This document shows, in pieces, positions 9,045-19,119 of a DNA stretch of 52,948 bases (its first letter is position 1; each line of letters begins with the position of its first letter). The translations under genes were made by a program, and so were the position numbers. Below the pieces are notes generated by a model. It was not told the origin of the DNA, made no database searches, and saw nothing but the letters and a program-made list of their open reading frames with translations. Location of the stretch: sequence record SRR20825010_1474; one strand, written 5' to 3'.

Positions 9045-11397
9045 TAAAGAGGTTATTCTTTTAAAAAAGGCCTTGGAGCGACAAAAGAAGGCCCGGATCC
9101 AAGCAGAAAAAATCTTGGAATCCAAATCCCATGAACTATACAATACTCTTCATCACTTAAAACAGGAAAATAGCAAGTTACAACATCTGCTAGATGAAAA
9201 AACTTCTGAATTGGACGGGGCTTTCATCAATATAATAGACCCCTATGTAGTCATGGATTTGAAGTTCAATGTTATTAACATGAACAATTCCGCCAAAGAA
9301 TTTTTGGGATATGACCATACAAAAGAAAAAATTAATTTGGCAAAATTGGTCCATAAGGATTATGTTGATTACACGGTAAAGTCCTTCAATTTTCTTATAG
9401 AAGTAGGAACATTAAAAAATTATAGGGCAAAAATTATTTTAAAGGATAAAACCGAAAAGCATGTACAGATCAACGCCAACATGATCTATGATCCAACTGG
9501 AAAACCTATTGCTGCCCAAGGTATTATAAGGGATATAAGCCAGGAAACAGAAATAAAACATTTACTTGCCGAACAGAAAAAACAACAGGACATTATTGTA
9601 GAAAATTCGCCATTGGGCATTGTGTTAAGTGTGGACGGAAAGATTATAAAGGCTAACCCGAGTTTCTCCAAACTAGTTGGATATTCAGAAAAGGAACTAA
9701 AAAAACTTAAGGTTAGTGATATCAGCGCAACTGGTACTTCTGAGGTCACTCTTGAATTAACCAATAAAATGAATGCTGGCAAATTGGATAATTTTACGAT
9801 TACCAAACAGTATATACGCAAAAACGGAAGTATTCTACACGCCAAAACCAATGTAAGTTCGGTTAAGAATTTTAAAGGGGAAGTGGAATTTCAGGTTGCT
9901 ATGATAGAGGATATTTCAAAAGAACTTGAAGCCGAGGAGCAATTGAAAGCTTCTGAAAACCGACTTTCGACTCTTATCCTAAATCTTCAGACTGGAGTTC
10001 TTTTAGAGGATGAACACAGAAAAATAGCCTTGACCAACCAACTTTTTTGTGACCTTTTCCAGATTAAAGCCTCCCCGAAGCAACTCATAGGTGCAGATTG
10101 CTCTATCTCTGCCGAACAGAGCAAAGAATATTTCAAGGATCCCAAAGCATTTATCAAAAGAATAGATGAAGTACTTAGTAATAAAAAAATGGTTGTTGGT
10201 GATGAACTAGAGATGGTAGATGGCAGGATTTTAGAGCGCGATTATATCCCTATTTTTAATAATGGCCGTTATACTGGCCACCTGTGGACCTATCAAGATG
10301 TCACTCTGCGAAGAACCTATAAAAAGACCCTAGAAGCACAACGGGAAAAGTACAGCAGCATTATCGCAAACATGAACCTGGGACTTATTGAGGTAGACAA
10401 TGATGATGTAGTGCAAATGGTCAATCAAAGTTTTTGCCAAATGAGCGGCTATACCGAGAAAGAACTTCTAGGCCAAAAAGCCGTGAACATTATAAACCCT
10501 TTGGACAGCAAAATTGTACATGAAAAAAACAAAAAAAGACTTAAAGGGCATTCTGATTCCTATGAAGTACAGATAGCCCATAAAAATGGCGAACTTCGGC
10601 ATTGGTTGATAAGTGGAGCACCCAGATATAATGAATCGGGCGCTGTTGTTGGCTCTATAGGAATACACCTAGATATAACGGAACAAAAACACCTTCAACT
10701 CCAGAAAGAGCAACTTTTAAAGGAATTGGAATCCAGTAATAGAGGATTACAGGAATATGCACATATCGTCTCCCATGACCTAAAATCACCTTTGCGCAGC
10801 ATCAGTGCTCTTGCATCATGGGTAAAGGAGGATTACCATGAAATTTTAGACATAAATGGCCAAAACCAACTGCAGATGATGCAAGAGAAAATTGAGGGCA
10901 TGGACAAACTTATCGATGGAATTCTAAATTATTCCAGTATCAATAGTCATAACCTAGAGAACGAAATGGTAGACCTCAATTTGGTTATTCATGAGATACG
11001 TGAAATAATTTTTATTCCGGAACATGTTAATGTGGTAATTATGAATACACTTCCGATATTAAATACGGATAGAACCAAAATGCACCAATTATTCCAAAAC
11101 CTAATAAGCAACGCCGTAATGCATATTCCCCCTAAAGAAGGACTGGTAAAAGTTAGCAGCAAGGAAACAAATGCACATTGGCAATTTAGTATTGAGGACA
11201 ATGGCATAGGTATACCCAAGGAATATCATGAAAAGATTTTTAAAATATTCCAGTCCATTGGGGAAGGAGAACGTTCTACAGGCATAGGACTATCCATTGT
11301 AAAAAAAATAGTAGATTTATATGAAGGTGATATCTGGTTGGAATCCGAGAAAAATAAGGGTACCACATTCTATTTCACTCTAAAGAAAAACGCATGA
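9037..11397 (+). CDS. Cytoplasmic multi-PAS sensor histidine kinase
   Basis: About four PAS/PAC repeats, SHDLKSPL H-box, QNLISNA, DNGIGI, TGIGLSIVK; no TM helix; overlaps the H-NOX stop by 8 nt. Confidence 0.93.
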   Translation: MDSKEVILLKKALERQKKARIQAEKILESKSHELYNTLHHLKQENSKLQHLLDEKTSELDGAFINIIDPYVVMDLKFNVINMNNSAKEFLGYDHTKEKINLAKLVHKDYVDYTVKSFNFLIEVGTLKNYRAKIILKDKTEKHVQINANMIYDPTGKPIAAQGIIRDISQETEIKHLLAEQKKQQDIIVENSPLGIVLSVDGKIIKANPSFSKLVGYSEKELKKLKVSDISATGTSEVTLELTNKMNAGKLDNFTITKQYIRKNGSILHAKTNVSSVKNFKGEVEFQVAMIEDISKELEAEEQLKASENRLSTLILNLQTGVLLEDEHRKIALTNQLFCDLFQIKASPKQLIGADCSISAEQSKEYFKDPKAFIKRIDEVLSNKKMVVGDELEMVDGRILERDYIPIFNNGRYTGHLWTYQDVTLRRTYKKTLEAQREKYSSIIANMNLGLIEVDNDDVVQMVNQSFCQMSGYTEKELLGQKAVNIINPLDSKIVHEKNKKRLKGHSDSYEVQIAHKNGELRHWLISGAPRYNESGAVVGSIGIHLDITEQKHLQLQKEQLLKELESSNRGLQEYAHIVSHDLKSPLRSISALASWVKEDYHEILDINGQNQLQMMQEKIEGMDKLIDGILNYSSINSHNLENEMVDLNLVIHEIREIIFIPEHVNVVIMNTLPILNTDRTKMHQLFQNLISNAVMHIPPKEGLVKVSSKETNAHWQFSIEDNGIGIPKEYHEKIFKIFQSIGEGERSTGIGLSIVKKIVDLYEGDIWLESEKNKGTTFYFTLKKNA

Positions 11398-11714
11398 TTG
11401 AAACACCCAATCTAAATTACATAAAGGAGTTGGCAGGGGAGGATATTGAGTTTGAGAAAAAATTTATCAAAATCATAAAAGAAGAGTTCCCGGAAGAGGT
11501 AGATACATATTTGGGACACATCCAAACAAAAGAGCTTTTAATGGCGGCAGAAACCGTGCATAAATTAAAGCACAAATTTAATGTGCTGGGACTTGAAAAG
11601 GCATACGGATATGCCGTAACCTATGAAGAAAATCTTAGGGAGGGCAATATTAACTTGGATACGGATTTTAGGGCAATACTGCAGAAAATAACCAAATACC
11701 TTACAACTATATAA
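11394..11714 (+). CDS. Hpt phosphotransfer protein
   Basis: 106 aa helical protein with VHKLKHKFNVLG; ATGA overlap with the kinase. Confidence 0.8.
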   Translation: MIETPNLNYIKELAGEDIEFEKKFIKIIKEEFPEEVDTYLGHIQTKELLMAAETVHKLKHKFNVLGLEKAYGYAVTYEENLREGNINLDTDFRAILQKITKYLTTI

Positions 11715-11715
11715 T

Positions 11716-12426
11716 ATGAATTGTATCATCATAGACGACGAAGCTGCAGCAAGGGCAATTGTATCCCAATTGTGTTCCAAGATTCCTGATTTGGATGTTA
11801 TTGAAGAATTTGACAATGCTATTGAAGCCATCAAATTTTTAAACCAACAGAATATTGATGTTGTATTCCTTGACATACATATGCCGGGGTTTTCAGGAGT
11901 CGATTTTGTACAGACCCTAAAAAATTCGCCTAAAATTGTACTGACTACCTCCGACACCAATTTTGCCATAGAGGCCTATGAATACGAGTCCATTGTGGAC
12001 TACTTAGTAAAGCCTATTACCTTGGACCGCTTTCAAAAATCCGTTCAAAAATTAAAGAACATATCACAACAGTCACCCAATAGCCCATCTAAGAACGAAG
12101 GAGGGTCAGCCTCAGGTGGAGATCTTTATATTAATATAGATAGGCGCCTAATTAAATTAAAGCTGGATGGTATTTTGATTATAGAGGCCAAAGGGGATTA
12201 TATTGATATCAAGACAGAAAAAGAAACATATCATGTACATACGACCCTAAAGAAAATTAAGGAGAAATTGCCGGACAAGGTTTTCATGCAAATACATAGG
12301 TCGTTCATCATTAACTTCAACAAAATTATTGATATTGAAGATAATAGTGTCTTAATAGATAAAAACGTTGTCCCTATCAGTCGCTCCAATAGACCTGAAC
12401 TTATGCGAAGGCTAAACCTATTATAG
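11716..12426 (+). CDS. LytTR-family DNA-binding response regulator
   Basis: Receiver (IIDDE, FLDIHMP, DYLVKP) plus LytTR domain (IEAKGDY, FMQIHRSFIIN, VPISR). Confidence 0.95.
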   Translation: MNCIIIDDEAAARAIVSQLCSKIPDLDVIEEFDNAIEAIKFLNQQNIDVVFLDIHMPGFSGVDFVQTLKNSPKIVLTTSDTNFAIEAYEYESIVDYLVKPITLDRFQKSVQKLKNISQQSPNSPSKNEGGSASGGDLYINIDRRLIKLKLDGILIIEAKGDYIDIKTEKETYHVHTTLKKIKEKLPDKVFMQIHRSFIINFNKIIDIEDNSVLIDKNVVPISRSNRPELMRRLNLL

Positions 12427-12474
12427 AAACATATCTATAAAATCTAGGGCTTTCAAGCTCTCGCATAAAACTTT

Positions 12475-14550
12475 TTATTTTGAATTGCTTTCACCTTCCA
12501 ATTGGGCAAAGAACAATGGTTTTTTGGTCAAGGACCATTTTAATTTAAATCCAATTTCCGTAAATTCAAATCCAGCCGCAGTGGCCGATGCTATATTGCT
12601 ATATTTGCCATAAATACTTCCACTAAGACGTTTTCCAAATTGGCGCTGCACGGCAGCTTCAGTTCTAAAAATTGCCGTTTGGGGATCGTTTTCCACTTTT
12701 TGGATTCCAGTAGCCACACTGGCCATATAGTTGGTATGTGCTGATATTGTTCCCCTAATATCCCCAAAGACTTCCCCGGCCTGATATGTTTCAGGACTAA
12801 AATATATGGAAGGTACTTGCTCCCCGAAGGTGATAAACTGGTAATTTAGACCAAACTTTAGTGCCGGTTTTTGTAGGACTGTATAGTACAAAGAGGTAAA
12901 TAAAAGGTTACGGCTATTGTTATCGTTCTGCTGGGTATGCATCAATTGAGTGTACCAGCCCAAATTAATATTGGTCCCTAGGTTGTAATTAAGTCCATAA
13001 TGATTCATAACTATTTCGCGCTCTATTAAATCCGCATTAAAATTCTGCACTTCCCTTTGGTAGCCAAGTTCTAGATTCTGCAATTTAAAAGGCTTTATTT
13101 TTAATTTGGCATCCAAAACCGGTTGTGTGTAAGCTGTTTCCATAAACCTACTGTTATTGAATCCCAATACAGTGGCCATATCTACATTAGGGACCAATTT
13201 GTATCCAAAACCAACCAACACAACATGGGATTCCGCCTTATTCTGGGTAACCGTATTCTCTGTAGTTCGGTACTGGTAGTTTAGTGTGGTTTTAAATTTG
13301 GTGGAAAAAGGTACAAAGGCATTTATTGAATTGGAAAAAGCCACGTTATTTCCATTGTCAAAGGTATAGGCAGCATGTTCTTCAATACTTGGGGTATGCA
13401 AACCATTGAGTTTTTCAATAAAACCTTGTGCATCCTTTTGATTATTAAATATCTTCAAGGTCTGAAAAGCCGCTTTATAAGCAGGCACGATCCGGTCTGA
13501 AGCAAAAAGCGCATTTGCCTTGCCCAAGTTTCCATCAAAAGAAATACTGTCTTTGGAGAGTATGGCGTCATAACTGGATAAACTTGCCTTAAAATCCCCG
13601 GTATACATTCCTAGTGTAGCATTTAATGCCTGAACCCAATTGCCATTCGGATATGCCAGGGCTAGACGGTCTATTTCCTTTCTGGCTTCGGCAAACTTCC
13701 TATTCCATATCAGGGCCTGCACATAACGGTCGAAGGTGTGCTGATTAAGCACTGGATCGCCAAATGACTCCACTTTTTCTTTAGCTTCCAAGGCCATTTT
13801 CAGAGCCATTTTTTCATTTCCGGCTATGTGTTCTGCAAGTGCAATTCCATTTATAGCGGTGATGGAATCTTTAGCGGATGTGGCATATCTTCGGTAGGTA
13901 TTTTTGGCACTATCCACCGCTTTGGTTATCAAATGTATATTGGCCAAATTCAATAATGCCTCTTTGTCCTCTGGAAAATCTTCAAAAACTTCCTGTAGCA
14001 ATTGTTGGCCCATCGCATAATTTTGAGTATTGACATACTCATTGGCGTATCCTAATTTTATATACTTCCTTGAAACCCTGGCACCTTCATTCTCTGCTTG
14101 AAGAGTAATGGCCTTATTTACCCAATACAATGCAGATTTATATTCCTTTAGATTGCTCAAGGTATTGGCATACCCCAACAAAGCCCCAAACTTATCTGGA
14201 TTTTTGGCCACCATATCCTTATATAGGGGTTTGGCCTCCTTAAATTTTCCTGCCCATAAAAGGGATTCTATATAATTTATGGCCACCTCGTAATCATTGG
14301 GGTACTTTTGTTGTAAATCTCCAAATAAAGCATTGGCCGTTATAGGCGCTCCATTTAGTCCTACTGCCCTTCCGTAACAAATCTGTGCGGTCTTGTTTTC
14401 GGAATCCGATTCCAAAAAGGCTTCAAAAAAAATCTCGGCATCTGCAAAATTACCATTCTCCAAAAGTTTAAATCCCTTTTGCATAGATTGCTGGGCCTGT
14501 ATGGAAAATGACAATAATAAGAATGTAGTAATTAATTTATAAATATTCAT
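12475..14550 (-). CDS. Exported TPR protein with probable C-terminal beta-barrel
   Basis: Signal peptide, helical TPR-like repeats to ~aa 380, then amphipathic beta-strands. Confidence 0.75.
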   Translation of the reverse strand: MNIYKLITTFLLLSFSIQAQQSMQKGFKLLENGNFADAEIFFEAFLESDSENKTAQICYGRAVGLNGAPITANALFGDLQQKYPNDYEVAINYIESLLWAGKFKEAKPLYKDMVAKNPDKFGALLGYANTLSNLKEYKSALYWVNKAITLQAENEGARVSRKYIKLGYANEYVNTQNYAMGQQLLQEVFEDFPEDKEALLNLANIHLITKAVDSAKNTYRRYATSAKDSITAINGIALAEHIAGNEKMALKMALEAKEKVESFGDPVLNQHTFDRYVQALIWNRKFAEARKEIDRLALAYPNGNWVQALNATLGMYTGDFKASLSSYDAILSKDSISFDGNLGKANALFASDRIVPAYKAAFQTLKIFNNQKDAQGFIEKLNGLHTPSIEEHAAYTFDNGNNVAFSNSINAFVPFSTKFKTTLNYQYRTTENTVTQNKAESHVVLVGFGYKLVPNVDMATVLGFNNSRFMETAYTQPVLDAKLKIKPFKLQNLELGYQREVQNFNADLIEREIVMNHYGLNYNLGTNINLGWYTQLMHTQQNDNNSRNLLFTSLYYTVLQKPALKFGLNYQFITFGEQVPSIYFSPETYQAGEVFGDIRGTISAHTNYMASVATGIQKVENDPQTAIFRTEAAVQRQFGKRLSGSIYGKYSNIASATAAGFEFTEIGFKLKWSLTKKPLFFAQLEGESNSK

Positions 14551-14659
14551 AGGTTAAGTTTTCTGGATTTTATAGGCTATTTGGTTCGCCTAAGAATCCT
14601 ATTTATTAAGCTTATGTAAAGTTACCCCATACCCTTCTTTACCGGAAGTGCAATACCTG

Positions 14660-14693
14660 CCATTCGTCTACAGCAATTGACGATCCGTCTACA
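14660..14693 (+). promoter_or_regulatory. Putative LytTR-type direct-repeat site B (divergent TPR/flippase region)
   Basis: CCATTCGTCTACA (14660) and CGATCCGTCTACA (14681); GATATTTG ends at 14729; extra copy CCATTCGCCAACA at 14762. Confidence 0.7.
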
Positions 14694-14803
14694 TCGGCCT
14701 TTTCAAAAGGCCTATCATTTAGATATTTGCTTAATAAATGCATAATTATTGACCCTAAATACCATTCGCCAACAGATCAATATAGAAAACCTTTAAAAAA
14801 AAT

Positions 14804-16042
14804 ATGATGACCATATCCAATATAGTAATCAAAAAAATTTCCCCCGCACAGTTGTTTATGGGTAGTGCGCTCCTAGTAAATGGGGGCAACTACCTGTACA
14901 ACTTAGCTTTGGGAAGAATACTGGGACCTGAGGCCTTTGCTGAAGCGGCACTGTTGATCACCCTTTTATTGGTATTATCCTTTATAGGAATGACGTTTCA
15001 ATTGGTAACCGCCAAGTTTGCCGTTTTGCTTTCAGATGAGGATTACTCCCATTTTCAAAACACTATCTATACCTATTCGCTTGCTTTTGGTATGGCCATT
15101 GGAATAATGGTAATTTATTTTGCCCCAGAGCTCCAAATTTTGTTCCAAACCCAAAATGCCTGGATGTTTACCATATTTGGTGTTGGTATCCCCATTTATT
15201 TTTTAATGAGCGTCAATCGCGGTAAATACCAAGGTTTCCAAAACTTTGGAAAACTATCCTTTACCTACCAGACGGAAATGTGGAGCAGATTGATCATCAC
15301 CGTGCTCTTGTTAATTTTACTCCCATTTGAGCCTGCCATCCTGGTGGCGCTTGGAATAGGACTTTCTTTTCTTTTTGGATTGATTCCGATGGATTTTAAA
15401 GAGGTGACAATTTTTACAAAAAATAGACTTTCCAAAACCAACACAAAAAAAGTGCTTCAATTCATAGGACTCACAGCTGGCTATGAACTAACACAGATTA
15501 TTATTAATAATAGTGATATTCTTTTGGTTAAGCATTATTTTGATGCTTTGGAAGCAGGTTTATATGCCTCTTTAGCTTTAATTGGTCGCGTTGTTTATTT
15601 TGTTGCATGGATGTTCGTAATGTTATTGTTGCCAAAAGTGGTCCAAAAACACAAGGACGGAGAGCCCACAGTTCCGGTACTTTCAAAATACATAGGATTT
15701 ATTGGCATGTTATCCCTGGGCATTGTTATGGCTTGCTATCTGTTTCCAGGAACAATAATTAATTTATTGTTCGGAGAGGCCTACCTATCCATGGCCCCTT
15801 TACTATGGCAATATGCCCTAGCTACATCGCTTTTCGCCATCTCCAATATTTTTGCCTACTATTTTCTGTCATTGGACCATTACATACCGGTAATTCTATC
15901 TGGTATTCTAGGGGTTTCCCAGGTGTTGTTGATTGTTCTGTTTCACAGTAGCCTTACTATGATAGTCCAAATTCAGATTATAGTAATGGTCGCGTTACTG
16001 GTGGCTCAGGCACTCTACTTTTTTAGCAAATCCATAAAGTAA
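14804..16042 (+). CDS. Oligosaccharide flippase / polysaccharide biosynthesis membrane protein (Wzx/MOP-like)
   Basis: ~12 TM segments; GRILGPEAF, DILLVKHYF, AGLYASLALIGR. Confidence 0.85.
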   Translation: MMTISNIVIKKISPAQLFMGSALLVNGGNYLYNLALGRILGPEAFAEAALLITLLLVLSFIGMTFQLVTAKFAVLLSDEDYSHFQNTIYTYSLAFGMAIGIMVIYFAPELQILFQTQNAWMFTIFGVGIPIYFLMSVNRGKYQGFQNFGKLSFTYQTEMWSRLIITVLLLILLPFEPAILVALGIGLSFLFGLIPMDFKEVTIFTKNRLSKTNTKKVLQFIGLTAGYELTQIIINNSDILLVKHYFDALEAGLYASLALIGRVVYFVAWMFVMLLLPKVVQKHKDGEPTVPVLSKYIGFIGMLSLGIVMACYLFPGTIINLLFGEAYLSMAPLLWQYALATSLFAISNIFAYYFLSLDHYIPVILSGILGVSQVLLIVLFHSSLTMIVQIQIIVMVALLVAQALYFFSKSIK

Positions 16043-16183
16043 TACTTTGCAATTAAAAATATAATTCTATGGCACCTCTGCCCCCAGAGCGGTTATTTTT
16101 AAGGATAAAGTCTAGACAATGGACCAAAACTAAAAAACAATTAATGGGCAATTTCCTTAAAACAATTTAACCGAACACCTTTA

Positions 16184-16217
16184 CCATTGGTCTATACAAA
16201 AGAGCCAACCACCTCTA
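16184..16217 (+). promoter_or_regulatory. Putative LytTR-type direct-repeat site C
   Basis: CCATTGGTCTATA (16184) and CCAACCACCTCTA (16205); GATATTTG ends at 16253. Confidence 0.6.
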
Positions 16218-16294
16218 ATCATCCATATTTATAATACTTATGGGTGATATTTGTCCCAGAAATTAATTCTAAATCTTAACACAAAACTTGACCT

Positions 16295-17524
16295 ATGAAA
16301 TTAGCCATTGTAACTGCCTACCCTCCCAGTAAAGTAACCCTAACGGAATACGGATATCACCTAGTGAAGCACTTTAGGTTACAAAATGAGGTCAGCGAAA
16401 TAGTTTTGATTTGCGACAGGACCTCTGAGGAAAAAGACCTGAACTTTGAGGGGGAAGGCTGTAAAATAAGCGTTAAGGAATGCTGGAATTTTAATAGCTA
16501 TACCAACCTTTTAAGCATTAGCAAAACCATTACGGAGACTAATCCGGATGCCGTATTGTTCAATCTACAGTTCTTAAAATTCGGCGATAAAAAAATCCCG
16601 GCCGCCCTAGGTCTACTTCTTCCTTTGATATGTAAACTAAAAGGTATCCCCACCATTTCCTTGTTGCATAACATTATGGAACAGGTGGACTTAAAAAATG
16701 CAGGTATCACCAAAAATATCATTTTGCAAAAGGCCTATAACCTCATAGGAACTACCCTGACCAAGTTTGTTTTGGCATCCGATGTACTTGCCGTAACTAT
16801 CAGTAAATATGTAGATATCCTAGAGAAAAAATACAAGGCCAGAAACGTTGCACTGGTTCCTCATGGAGCCTTTGAAACACCTCCAGAACCAGATTATTGC
16901 TTACCAGAAGGTCCAAAACAAATCATGGCATTTGGTAAATTCGGCACCTATAAAAAGGTAGAAATACTTATAGAGGCCGTTGAAATTATCAGAAACAGGA
17001 CAAGTATGGATTTAGAAATCGTAATTGCAGGTACAGATAGTCCCAATACTCCTGGATATTTGGAAGGAATCAAGAAAAGTTATCAACATGTACCGCAAAT
17101 GAGGTTTACAGGGTATGTTGCCGAGGAAAATGTTCCCGTGATTTTCTCGGAGAGTGCGGTTACTGTATTTCCCTACACTTCCACCACAGGTAGTTCGGGG
17201 GTATTGCACCAGGCCGGCAGTTATGGTAAGGCCGTTGCCCTTCCCGACTTGGGAGATCTGAGTATTCTGGTAAAAGAAGAAGGATATAAAGGAGAGTTTT
17301 TCAAGCCAGACAGTGCAGAATCTTTGGCCAATGCCATAGAAAATATTCTAAAAGACGATTCCTATCGTATCCAACTGGGAATGAACAATTATAAAGCTGC
17401 CTGCTCTTTGCCCATGTCTGAAATCACCAATATGTACGTGAATTATTTTAAAGCGATTCAATTGGCGAAATCCGAAGGGTTTTCTATAAAACTACCAAAA
17501 AAAGTAGCCGAGTTGGAGAAATAG
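16295..17524 (+). CDS. Glycosyltransferase family 4 (GT-B)
   Basis: VTAYPP, VPHG, FGKFGTYKKVE, FPYTSTTGSSGVL...SYGK. Confidence 0.88.
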   Translation: MKLAIVTAYPPSKVTLTEYGYHLVKHFRLQNEVSEIVLICDRTSEEKDLNFEGEGCKISVKECWNFNSYTNLLSISKTITETNPDAVLFNLQFLKFGDKKIPAALGLLLPLICKLKGIPTISLLHNIMEQVDLKNAGITKNIILQKAYNLIGTTLTKFVLASDVLAVTISKYVDILEKKYKARNVALVPHGAFETPPEPDYCLPEGPKQIMAFGKFGTYKKVEILIEAVEIIRNRTSMDLEIVIAGTDSPNTPGYLEGIKKSYQHVPQMRFTGYVAEENVPVIFSESAVTVFPYTSTTGSSGVLHQAGSYGKAVALPDLGDLSILVKEEGYKGEFFKPDSAESLANAIENILKDDSYRIQLGMNNYKAACSLPMSEITNMYVNYFKAIQLAKSEGFSIKLPKKVAELEK

Positions 17525-17547
17525 AATTAAGTTTAAGGTTAAGTGAG

Positions 17548-17589
17548 GAAAGGGGAACGGTTTGGCTAATCGTTCTCCTTTCTATTTTT
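17548..17589. terminator. Hairpin terminator between convergent GT4 and GH genes
   Basis: GAAAGGGGAACGGTT / AATCGTTCTCCTTTC stem followed by TATTTTT; overlaps the GH stop codon. Confidence 0.65.
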
Positions 17590-19119
17590 GGAAGTATTGT
17601 TTAGAAAGTAGAAAGCTTTTTTTGGTTTACCTGCCAAATCCAAGCAACCAAAATATCTTTGGGGTTCCCTTCTCCATGGCCGCTTGCCCACTACTGAAGA
17701 CGGAACCCCTTCAAAATCGTATAAGGTCCAGAAAAGAAAAGGTATTTCGGCCTTCTCTAGAATAGGTTGAAATTCCTCATAATAAGCCGCCTGTTTATCT
17801 TCCGAGTTTAGAAAAGCATTCCACACTCCACTATAGGAAGACCTCCCATATTCCTGAAGTACCGCAGTTTTATCTTTTGGAATTGCGTTTCGCAATTTTT
17901 GATAGGAAGGTATAAAACCCGAAATTTCCCTGTAATAGTGAAAAGAAACAAAATCCACTACCTCTGCCATATTTACCGCAGCCTCCGGACTGGACCATCC
18001 TATGGTGATAGGATGCACCCCGTCCCATTTTTTTATCCGTAGAGCCAGCTCATTTAACCAGGCCATTACATTTTCTTTTCCCCTAGACCCAAAGTCCAAA
18101 TCGGGTTCGTTTTTGAGGTCCCAGGCCAATAAACTAGGATGGTCCTTTAAGGTGGTTACCAACTTTTCAGCATGTGCAAATGTAGCTGTCCAATTGGCAA
18201 CACTATAATCTCCATAAAAATCAAAGAGGGTGATGACCACCTTGAGGCTTTCCTTATCCGCAGCATCCAAAAGGGTCCTGACTTTGGCAAGTCTGTCTTC
18301 ATTTACCCGTGCCTCCCCAAAGTCCGAATACGGAATAAATATACGGACAGTGTTGAGACCCATATCCCTAATAATTCTAAAATCAGACGAAATAACCTTT
18401 TCGTTAAACCGATTTCCAAAAGTATCCCACGGACTGTCCTGTGGATAATAATTGAGTCCTTTTATTTTACTTAATGCCTCCGTATTATCAACGCCAATTA
18501 CGGGCCCTTCCTTCACCTCAGGTTCGGTTATTACCCTAACAAAATGACGTACCCTCCAAAAGCCGTCCTCCAAAAGCATAATTACCTGGAATGTTGCTGT
18601 TTCCCGATATTCCAAGACGGGATTGCCATCTATAAATCCCTTCTTATAAAGTGACACATTCTTATCTAGAAAAGAGATTTGGGTTCCATCGGTGCTATAG
18701 AAATTCAATTTGGGCCAATGTTCCAAAGTGGTTTGTACAAAGGTGGTACCCTTTTCCTTGTTTATGTTGAGTATTTTAAAAAGTTTGGTCCTCGCACTTT
18801 CGGTAAAGTAGTCGGCAATGCCGTATTGATTGTTGGTAGCTAGGGAGGCATTTTTCACGTACCAACCATTAAGATAGTCCCGTTCAACTTTTTCCAAAGT
18901 TTGTGGCTCAATTGGGCGGCCTTCCACGGAAGTGGTATCCCAAACCACCTTGGGAAAATAAATTTGAGCCTTTTCTCCACCTATATGCAGAAGGGTGGAG
19001 CGCTCCGCACCGGTATTGAGATAGGACCAAACCGAACTTATCCCGAAAAGCACCAATGCATTAATGGCCAGGAATGTACCAATCAAAAGAACCCTTAAGA
19101 TGTTTTTATTCCACTTCAT
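17566..19119 (-). CDS. Membrane-anchored clan GH-A glycoside hydrolase (GH5/GH2 TIM-barrel-like)
   Basis: N-terminal TM; KGLNYYP, GLNTVRIF, WDLKNEP (acid/base), SFHYY, LQEYG (nucleophile). Confidence 0.82.
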   Translation of the reverse strand: MKWNKNILRVLLIGTFLAINALVLFGISSVWSYLNTGAERSTLLHIGGEKAQIYFPKVVWDTTSVEGRPIEPQTLEKVERDYLNGWYVKNASLATNNQYGIADYFTESARTKLFKILNINKEKGTTFVQTTLEHWPKLNFYSTDGTQISFLDKNVSLYKKGFIDGNPVLEYRETATFQVIMLLEDGFWRVRHFVRVITEPEVKEGPVIGVDNTEALSKIKGLNYYPQDSPWDTFGNRFNEKVISSDFRIIRDMGLNTVRIFIPYSDFGEARVNEDRLAKVRTLLDAADKESLKVVITLFDFYGDYSVANWTATFAHAEKLVTTLKDHPSLLAWDLKNEPDLDFGSRGKENVMAWLNELALRIKKWDGVHPITIGWSSPEAAVNMAEVVDFVSFHYYREISGFIPSYQKLRNAIPKDKTAVLQEYGRSSYSGVWNAFLNSEDKQAAYYEEFQPILEKAEIPFLFWTLYDFEGVPSSVVGKRPWRREPQRYFGCLDLAGKPKKAFYFLNNTSKNRKEND

